Positions 26,072 through 32,000 of a stretch of 32,000 nt of DNA are shown piece by piece (position 1 is the stretch's first letter; each line of letters starts with the position of its first letter). The position numbers were made by a program, and so were the translations under genes. The stretch is from assembly GCA_038823825.1 (NCBI GenBank), contig JAWBCC010000001.1, positions 30,001 to 62,000 on the forward strand, in the 5' to 3' direction. Source of the stretch: Candidatus Hadarchaeales archaeon. GTDB lineage: Archaea; Hadarchaeota; Hadarchaeia; Hadarchaeales; Hadarchaeaceae. The notes beneath the pieces are model-generated. The model searched no databases and was not told the DNA's origin. It saw only the letters and a program-made list of their open reading frames with translations.

Positions 26072-26824
26072 ATGCCGAAAATATTTAGACTACATGAGAA
26101 GAGTATTTTTATGAAAGAAGGGATTTATATGAAAAATGAACGTGAACTCAAATTTCCCGACGATTTTATCAACAAAATAATTTGTGGTGATTGTTTTGTA
26201 TTAATCAAGAAGATACCAGATGGTTGTGTTGATGCGATTATCACCGATCCCCCTTACGGATTGTATAAGGAAGGAGTATGTAGCGATGAAGATTTGACTA
26301 CTTTCTATAAAGTGCTCCCCGAATGCTACAGGGTTTTAAAAAAGAATGCTTTTTTTATAACATTTTTTAGCACAAAATTTCTTCCCAAGTTATTTAAGAA
26401 TAATCCCTTCACTTATTTTTGGCAAATTATACTCTACTGTCCAGAGGGAGCAGTTAAATCACCAATAGGGATTACAAAGTATATGTCTTGTCTTGTTTTC
26501 AAAAAAGGAAATCCACGGATTGTTTTGCGAAATAAAGATATTTTTGTTGATACTCCTGGAAAAATGATTGAACCTGACGAAGGCTTCATAAATCATCCGA
26601 CCCCAAAACCAAAACATTTCATAAGGGAGATTCTACGAATGTTTACAAAGGAGGGAGATCTAATCCTAGATCCTTTTATTGGTAGCGGAAGCACTGCGGT
26701 AGCTTGTAAACAATTAAACAGACGGTTCATCGGTTTTGAGATCAACGAAAAATATTGCCAACTTGCAAATAGAAGATTATCATCACTTAATCTTTTTTCT
26801 AAAAAAAAGATTCAACTGCGATAA
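26072..26824 (+). CDS. DNA methyltransferase, beta-class N4-cytosine/N6-adenine (N6_N4_Mtase family)
   Basis: Motif IV IITDPPYG precedes HPTPKP and AdoMet motif I DPFIGSGSTAVAC...FIGFEINEKY (beta-class circular order). Start is ambiguous: 26072 (longest), 26111 (coupled to a uORF stop) or 26129. Confidence 0.85.
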   Translation: MPKIFRLHEKSIFMKEGIYMKNERELKFPDDFINKIICGDCFVLIKKIPDGCVDAIITDPPYGLYKEGVCSDEDLTTFYKVLPECYRVLKKNAFFITFFSTKFLPKLFKNNPFTYFWQIILYCPEGAVKSPIGITKYMSCLVFKKGNPRIVLRNKDIFVDTPGKMIEPDEGFINHPTPKPKHFIREILRMFTKEGDLILDPFIGSGSTAVACKQLNRRFIGFEINEKYCQLANRRLSSLNLFSKKKIQLR

Positions 26825-26854
26825 CTAGTTCTTCTTTGCGAATAGAATCCTAAG

Positions 26855-27529
26855 TTAAACGCCATGAAACTTTTTCACAATAGATACGATGTCTTTCAAA
26901 TGCTTCTTGGACATCACGGAGAATCCTTTCATGAGTTCAATGATATGTTCTTCTGTGGGGAACCATAATACCACCTCATTTCGGTGTGCTGGTCTATCTA
27001 CTATAGGATTACGATCAAGTTTAGATATAACACTTCTTATCGGAATAAAGATATATAACATAGCCTGATATCCTACTGCTTTCTGTTTGTGTCTTAGTTC
27101 AATATGAATAAATGATCCGTCCGACAGCTGTTTTCTTAAGATTGGCGCTTTCTTGTACAGTAAGGTAAATCCTTCGAATTTCTTGGCTTTCTCGTCTTTT
27201 TCTATATTGATAAAAAAAGTTTCCTCGAAGAAAACATCTCTATTTTTTAGATAACTGTATAATTCTTTTATCCTAGCTTCATTTATTACTTTTTTAGTGA
27301 CTAATAATCTAAACATTTCCCCTAACTCCACAAGCCGCCTATTTTCATCAAAGTAAGAAATCTGCCATTCTATATACCAATTCTCTCTTAAATTTTGTGA
27401 TCTAACGCTACCTATTGGACTTCCATCTACATCTTTAACTCTAACTAAACTTGTTTGTAAAGTAATGGGCAACTCTACGACGATTTTTCTCGCCTTCTCG
27501 TCATAAAATACATTACATTTGATATTCAT
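26855..27529 (-). CDS. Hypothetical protein, 224 aa (candidate effector/endonuclease of the RM-like operon; function unknown)
   Basis: GGAGG RBS 7 nt before ATG 27529; last gene of the MTase operon; convergent with the beta-class MTase. I could not find a PD-(D/E)xK, HNH, GIY-YIG or PLD motif by eye with any certainty. The only weak candidates are D..IHIELRHK and NIEKDEK. Confidence 0.65.
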   Translation of the reverse strand: MNIKCNVFYDEKARKIVVELPITLQTSLVRVKDVDGSPIGSVRSQNLRENWYIEWQISYFDENRRLVELGEMFRLLVTKKVINEARIKELYSYLKNRDVFFEETFFINIEKDEKAKKFEGFTLLYKKAPILRKQLSDGSFIHIELRHKQKAVGYQAMLYIFIPIRSVISKLDRNPIVDRPAHRNEVVLWFPTEEHIIELMKGFSVMSKKHLKDIVSIVKKFHGV

Positions 27530-27752
27530 TTTCGCTTCCTCCCGTTCTCAAACATTTTCCAACCTTTGAGACAACAAAGAATGTCTTTAATTCTTGATAG
27601 GCTACTATTTTAAAAAAATCACGCTTCTGGATTTGGTGGTCTAAAATTTTGTCCGCAGATTTTTCGCCATTTATTCTATTTTTCCACAACTTTTTAGTTT
27701 GAGTTGAAGAAAATCCTACAACGATTTTATTTTCTTCAACTTTTACTCTCAT
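27513..27752 (-). CDS. Hypothetical protein, 79 aa
   Basis: Its ATG overlaps the MTase stop (ATGA, 27749-27752), and its 3' end overlaps the 224-aa gene by 17 nt. No recognisable motif. It could instead be the N-terminal part of a frameshifted longer gene. Confidence 0.5.
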   Translation of the reverse strand: MRVKVEENKIVVGFSSTQTKKLWKNRINGEKSADKILDHQIQKRDFFKIVAYQELKTFFVVSKVGKCLRTGGSENEYQM

Positions 27753-29233
27753 AATTTTTCTTCTCCTGATATTTTTTCGACCATTTCAATGGCTTTCTGG
27801 AAAATTTTTCTCGCCCTGTCCTCATTTTGTTGTCTGCACTTTATCATTTCTAGATAGTATTCTTTGAATTTTTGCAATTGGGCCTCAGAGGGAATTGGAA
27901 CAACCAAATTTTTCAATAGGCGTTGTGGTATTGTAACTGTTCCAACACCTCTTTTCAACGCGTTTATTTGAGAAGTTCCATATTTTGATTGCAAGTAAAA
28001 CGCCAAGTAGTATGCAAGCGATTCTTTCTTTGGTCTGATGATGTATATCCAATCATCGGCAACTCCTTGTTCATCTGGCGTAGTAACAACTGCAGCTCTA
28101 CCTATACAACCAACGCCCACGCGAACAAAAAGAAGATCACCTATTTTGACATGCGCTTTTGGGTGGTACATCTCGCTGTTTGGGTCGATATAGTGTCTGC
28201 CTCGATTCTCTCTGCTAAAATCTATTCCCAAAGGAGTAACAGTTTTCGCAGAAATGAAGCGAACCCCTTTAGTTACGAATTGCCTTTTTGGCCCATATTT
28301 TGTTTTTCCACAAAACATTTCCGAAACTAGCTCGCCCAACTTCACTATTTTTTGATTGCTCTTCAAGTGGATGGGTACAAAGTAAAATTCTGGGGACAAG
28401 ACATCAACATTGGTTTTAATCCAAAATGCTGGAGGGTTATTCATCTTTTTTTTCTCTTGGTAAGCCCTCAGAACTAAAGAAAGGTCTTCAAGCTTGTTCA
28501 CTATTCCCATGAAGATATTACCATCATCATTTTCAGCATCCTTTTTTGCGAACAAAACATTAGTTTTTGACGTCGTGTTTTTTGTCCCCCGAAATATTCC
28601 TCTTGGAAGGGAGATTATGCCAAGAATCGAAGTGTTACTATTGATAAATTCTCGCACATCTTGAAGTAAAACATTAGAAAAGATGCTTGAAGGTAGGATA
28701 ATTCCTATCACTCCACCACTAGAGGCCAACTGTATAAACCGCTCTAGAAAAAGGATTTCTATTGCTTGACTTTTTCTCCCTTTCCCAAGTTCAAATTTTG
28801 ATAAAATTTCTTTGTCCTTTACTCTCCCATATTTCGCACTAAAAGGAGGATTACCCACTACGATGTCTGCATGTCCCTCCAATTCTTCACTTAATGGAAG
28901 GAGCCCATTTCTCGGAGCAAAAATCTCGCATGCAGTCTTCAGATTGTCGGGTATTATACTCTCGTCAATATCGATTCCTACAATCCGATTGATTTTTTTC
29001 TTGATTAAAGCTTTAAGGAAAACCCCATCGCCGCAAGCAGGATCAATGGCAAGTTTGGGTCTGCGATCCAAAGATATGACTGCGAAATCTACTATGAAGT
29101 TTGCTACTTCTGGGGGGGTCATGAACTGTCCAAACACCTTTTCTTTTCTCGCAAAGTGTTTTTCTTTTTGATTAATTTCTTTCAATATTCTTCCCCTTAA
29201 GTTCGTTGTGGGATAAGCTTCGGGTTCATACAT
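27749..29233 (-). CDS. N6-adenine DNA methyltransferase (gamma-class) fused to a single HsdS-like target recognition domain
   Basis: Motif X GQFMTPPEVANFIV, motif I AIDPACGDGVFL, motif IV VGNPPF. The C-terminal ~190 aa have type I S-subunit TRD wording (KLGEL...G.T....., IGDLLFVRVG, IPSEAQLQKF plus a conserved helix). GAGGAG RBS. Confidence 0.85.
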   Translation of the reverse strand: MYEPEAYPTTNLRGRILKEINQKEKHFARKEKVFGQFMTPPEVANFIVDFAVISLDRRPKLAIDPACGDGVFLKALIKKKINRIVGIDIDESIIPDNLKTACEIFAPRNGLLPLSEELEGHADIVVGNPPFSAKYGRVKDKEILSKFELGKGRKSQAIEILFLERFIQLASSGGVIGIILPSSIFSNVLLQDVREFINSNTSILGIISLPRGIFRGTKNTTSKTNVLFAKKDAENDDGNIFMGIVNKLEDLSLVLRAYQEKKKMNNPPAFWIKTNVDVLSPEFYFVPIHLKSNQKIVKLGELVSEMFCGKTKYGPKRQFVTKGVRFISAKTVTPLGIDFSRENRGRHYIDPNSEMYHPKAHVKIGDLLFVRVGVGCIGRAAVVTTPDEQGVADDWIYIIRPKKESLAYYLAFYLQSKYGTSQINALKRGVGTVTIPQRLLKNLVVPIPSEAQLQKFKEYYLEMIKCRQQNEDRARKIFQKAIEMVEKISGEEKL

Positions 29234-29527
29234 CTTCTCCTCAAAATATTATTAAGAGATGAGTAAAAATAAAATTTAACCCCCCGCTGGCCAGTCTCCT
29301 CATTCGGGGCAAATCATCTCTCAAGCCCAAGAAAGACTCCTATAGTCGAGTCCAGAAAATCGAAAGGAAGGACGGAGACCAGCACCCATCCTCTCCAGCC
29401 TCTTCCTTCCAAGGATATCTTCACTTCCTGGAAGAGATGACCTCCTCCGGGGAGGCCCCTTAAAGCAAATCTTGGTGGAGAAAGGGGGAATTGTAAGCTC
29501 CCAGAAGGGAGATTTAAACAAGTTAGA

Positions 29528-29615
29528 TGGTGCGGGGGAGGGGATTTGAACCCCCGAACCCCTACGGGACCAGCGCCTCAGGCTGGCACCTTTGACCTGG
29601 CTCGGCCACCCCCGC
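29528..29615 (-). tRNA. tRNA-Leu (anticodon GAG), long variable arm, CCA encoded
   Basis: Reverse complement GCGGGGGTGGCCGAGCCAGGTCAAAGGTGCCAGCCTGAGGCGCTGGTCCCGTAGGGGTTCGGGGGTTCAAATCCCCTCCCCCGCACCA. The anticodon loop is CTGAGGC. Confidence 0.92.
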
Positions 29616-29655
29616 CAATTCTAACTGGAAGAAAACTTTCCTTTAACTTTTATGC

Positions 29656-30435
29656 CTATTTAAACGCCTTGCCCGCGTCTTCAAAACCCTTACGCAGACT
29701 TTCCACCGCCTTCAGCACGATCTCCTCAGGAGGAAGAGCTCCGCTAGACTCCACCTTGAATATAAACTTCGTCGGATCTCCTTTCACCTCTATCGCATTC
29801 CTCGGACAGACCTCCACACATGCGCGACAGAGTATACATTCCATGAGTCTCTTCACCTTCAGTTCCTTCTCCTCCACCGCTAGCACTTCTCTCGGACAGG
29901 CCTCAACACATTTTCCACACCCGTTGCACTCTTTCCCCACTTCAATGACGGGGAAATATCTGTAAAACACGAGACCAGGCATCCATTTCGCATGATCTTT
30001 TCCAAGCCCCAGCCTAGCATAAATGTTCAGCACGAGCCTTTGTCCTGGCTGAAGCTCTACTATTGGAATCTCATTCGAGACCGGCACGACTTCTTTATCA
30101 GACGATTGTATGTCTCCGCTTTTCACGATCGCTGGTCCTTCCACATCCAGAGACATCTCAACAGTGCATTTTGGACACCCTTTTCCACCACATTTGCATT
30201 CATCCGGGAGAACGTATCCTTTTGCCGGAGTCCTCAGCGGGATCATCGCAAGTCTGTGAGCGATTATCTCGTCGTAAAGAGGAGACTCATTTTCAATTAC
30301 TTCGATTTCATCAACCGCCATCGTTGGAACTTCTCCGATAGCGGCTCTCCTAAGAGAGTTGGCGAAAGCCGGATCACTCCCATTCAGGATGAACTCAAGC
30401 TTTAAACCATCCTTTTTGACGATTTCGATTTCCAT
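29656..30435 (-). CDS. rpoD: DNA-directed RNA polymerase subunit D (Rpo3) with two ferredoxin-type 4Fe-4S motifs
   Basis: FANSLRRA, VIENESPLYDEIIAHRL, plus CNGCGKCVEACP and CILCRACVEVCP. Canonical position after S13-S4-S11. Confidence 0.9.
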   Translation of the reverse strand: MEIEIVKKDGLKLEFILNGSDPAFANSLRRAAIGEVPTMAVDEIEVIENESPLYDEIIAHRLAMIPLRTPAKGYVLPDECKCGGKGCPKCTVEMSLDVEGPAIVKSGDIQSSDKEVVPVSNEIPIVELQPGQRLVLNIYARLGLGKDHAKWMPGLVFYRYFPVIEVGKECNGCGKCVEACPREVLAVEEKELKVKRLMECILCRACVEVCPRNAIEVKGDPTKFIFKVESSGALPPEEIVLKAVESLRKGFEDAGKAFK

Positions 30436-30437
30436 CC

Positions 30438-30833
30438 TTACACTCTCCTTCCCCTTCTTCCTCCTGGTTTTCTAGTCCCGTCATGCGGTATGGGTGTTAC
30501 ATCCTCTATCCTCCCGATTTTTAAACCTGCTCTAGCGAGTGCTCTTATCGCCGCCTGAGCACCCGGTCCTGGAATTTTCGGTCCGTGTCCTCCAGGAGCC
30601 CTGACTTTTATGTGTACGCCAGCTATTCCCTTATCCATCGCCTCTTGCGCAGCCTTCATGGCAGCCTGAATTGCAGCGTAGGGAGAAGCCTCTTCCCTGT
30701 CCGCTTTGACCATCATCCCTCCAGAAGCCTTCGCAATCGTCTCCGCACCGGTTAAGTCAGTTATGTGAATGATCGTGTTGTTGAAAGACGAATAGATGTG
30801 CGCCACTCCCCACTTTTCTCTCTGTTCAGGCAT
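30438..30833 (-). CDS. rps11: 30S ribosomal protein S11 (uS11)
   Basis: [44 protein letters not shown]. Confidence 0.95.
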   Translation of the reverse strand: MPEQREKWGVAHIYSSFNNTIIHITDLTGAETIAKASGGMMVKADREEASPYAAIQAAMKAAQEAMDKGIAGVHIKVRAPGGHGPKIPGPGAQAAIRALARAGLKIGRIEDVTPIPHDGTRKPGGRRGRRV

Positions 30834-31339
30834 TACTCACCAGCCTCCACCGCGGCGCCTTTTCCAATTTTCTCAAGCGGAAGGGTGACTTCTATTATAT
30901 CTTCCTCGGCAACTGGAACCATATAGCTCGGAGATTTCATAGCTCTTCCGCCGATCTTTACATGTCCGTGGACAATCATCTGTCTGGCCTGCTTTGGTGT
31001 TCTTGCCAATCCTTTCTTGTAAACTATCCATTGAAGATATCTCTGGATGATGTCTTCGACTGTCAAACCAAGGACATCGTCAAGTGTTGCGTTTTCCCCA
31101 ACCAGCCCAAACTTCTGCAACCTTCTTATGAGTGCTGCCTTCTCCTTCTCAGCCTGCGGGTCGCTCCTCGCCATTAGCTCCCTAGCCTGTGCTCTAAATT
31201 TCCTAAGAACTGTTTGCGCCCTCCAGATCTCTCTCTTTCTTCTCAAACCGTATGTTCGCAAGAGCTTGTCTTCTGCATCCATCCTTGCCTTGTCCCAAGG
31301 ATGCCTTGGTGTTTCATATTTCTTCTTAATCCTCCTCAT
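30833..31339 (-). CDS. rps4: 30S ribosomal protein S4 (uS4)
   Basis: [21 protein letters not shown], and the S4 RNA-binding domain [16 protein letters not shown]. Start/stop overlaps with its neighbours. Confidence 0.95.
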   Translation of the reverse strand: MRRIKKKYETPRHPWDKARMDAEDKLLRTYGLRRKREIWRAQTVLRKFRAQARELMARSDPQAEKEKAALIRRLQKFGLVGENATLDDVLGLTVEDIIQRYLQWIVYKKGLARTPKQARQMIVHGHVKIGGRAMKSPSYMVPVAEEDIIEVTLPLEKIGKGAAVEAGE

Positions 31340-31824
31340 TTCTTCTTCTCCTCCTTCTCTTCAGCCTTCGGTTGAGCTCCTTTCTTTCTAACAACTCCAA
31401 CCGTCATTCCTCTTCTACCAGTGGTTCTGGTTCTCTGCCCTCTGACAGGCAACCCGAGCTCGTGTCTGATGCCCCTTCTGCTTCTTATTCTTTTCTCTCT
31501 GTCGATGTCCATCTTCACATAGAAATCGATTTCCGGTCCGACGAGATGCATATCCTTCCCGGTCTCATAATCCTTTCTCCTGTTGAGCATCCATGCGGGA
31601 ATACCATGAGCCAATGGATCCTTTAGAACATCTTCTATTTTCTTCACCTCCTCTTCCGTAAGTGTTCCGATTTTCCTGAATGGGTCGATGTTTGCAGCAT
31701 ATGCCACCGCTCTCGCTAAACTAAAACTCACTCCCTTTATCCCGAGCAAGGCATGGTGAACTGCCTTTTTTCCGTCTAAGTCATGCCCCGCGATTCTGAC
31801 TATGTGCTTTATCTCTTCTGCCAT
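31336..31824 (-). CDS. rps13: 30S ribosomal protein S13 (uS13)
   Basis: [44 protein letters not shown]. Confidence 0.95.
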   Translation of the reverse strand: MAEEIKHIVRIAGHDLDGKKAVHHALLGIKGVSFSLARAVAYAANIDPFRKIGTLTEEEVKKIEDVLKDPLAHGIPAWMLNRRKDYETGKDMHLVGPEIDFYVKMDIDREKRIRSRRGIRHELGLPVRGQRTRTTGRRGMTVGVVRKKGAQPKAEEKEEKKK

Positions 31825-31902
31825 CTTTATAGACTACTGACGTAAGGGTTTTAATCCTTAGGCTTTTCTCCTTTTGTGTGATTTTTCGGTGAAAAACTTG
31901 AG

Positions 31903-31987
31903 CGCCGGGGGAGGGATTTGAACCCTCGAGGCCCAACGGGCCACGAGCTCTCCAGGCTCGCGCCTTACCTGGCTAGGCTACCCCGGC
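31903..31987 (-). tRNA. tRNA-Ser (anticodon GGA), long variable arm, no encoded CCA
   Basis: Reverse complement GCCGGGGTAGCCTAGCCAGGTAAGGCGCGAGCCTGGAGAGCTCGTGGCCCGTTGGGCCTCGAGGGTTCAAATCCCTCCCCCGGCG. The anticodon loop is CTGGAGA. Confidence 0.9.
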
Positions 31988-32000
31988 TCCAATTCTAAAA

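Noticed and set aside
26855-27529. Calling the 224-aa protein a PD-(D/E)xK restriction endonuclease
   Set aside because: The only candidate strings (D-x6-E-L-R in SDGSFIHIELRHK; D-E-K in NIEKDEK) have atypical spacing or residues. Without profile or structure comparison this would be over-interpretation, so it is left as function unknown.
29321-29521. 66-aa minus-strand ORF (MFKSPFWELTIPPFSTKICFKGPPRRRSS...)
   Set aside because: Low-complexity, Arg/Ser/Pro-rich, with no RBS and no recognisable family. I translated all three minus frames looking for an L18e remnant and found none. Treated as non-coding.
29281-29527. Possible SRP RNA or RNase P RNA
   Set aside because: The conserved cores are absent on both strands: there is no GAGGAAAGUCC-type P4 strand and no CAGGCCCGGAAGGGAGCAGCC-type helix 8. 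The GGAAGGAAGAGGC resemblance to the 4.5S/SRP loop is only partial, and the stretch is too short for an Alu domain.

Overview
This is an archaeal chromosomal window. Evidence: SepCysS, diphthine synthase, an A1:U72 initiator tRNA, and the classic archaeal tRNA-Ser/S13/S4/S11/RpoD/tRNA-Leu block. All family calls come from motif recognition by eye; no searches or computations were run.

Most of the window is housekeeping:
- the 3' end of purQ;
- a sulfur/redox neighbourhood (SufS-like cysteine desulfurase, SepCysS, TrxR-like flavoprotein, desulfoferrodoxin, a THUMP-less ThiI-like PP-loop protein);
- a pair of bPH-domain membrane proteins;
- two ABC-2 type exporters, one translationally coupled to an Ogg-type glycosylase;
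- dph5, a DUF357-like gene and a B3/4-domain gene;
- pabB-pabC and ilvC-ilvD-asd;
- six tRNAs.

Two accessory regions stand out.
1. 9.0-14.2 kb is a cell-surface glycan cluster. A small secreted Ig-like protein, a clan GH-A glycoside hydrolase with two CBM-like modules inserted into its barrel, and a 3xPKD/CBM/poly-Pro/Ig-like protein share leaders and domains with one another. A 5'-truncated inverted paralogue of the hydrolase lies next to them.
2. 25.8-29.5 kb is an A+T-rich islet wedged between tRNA-iMet and tRNA-Leu, exactly where the conserved RpoD-tRNA-Leu-L18e-L13-S9 synteny breaks. It carries a beta-class DNA methyltransferase converging on a tightly coupled operon: a gamma-class methyltransferase fused to one HsdS-like TRD, then a 79-aa ORF, then a 224-aa ORF. 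The last two have no motif I recognise. The islet is flanked by a solitary CRISPR-repeat-like half site and a hairpin-dense non-coding stretch. This operon is my best candidate for an undescribed restriction/defence-type module.

Smaller observations: an apparent 2-nt loss in a (TA)n tract that cuts the conserved C-terminal tail off the desulfurase, and a CxxC-x17-CxxC zinc-ribbon gene missing from the ORF track.
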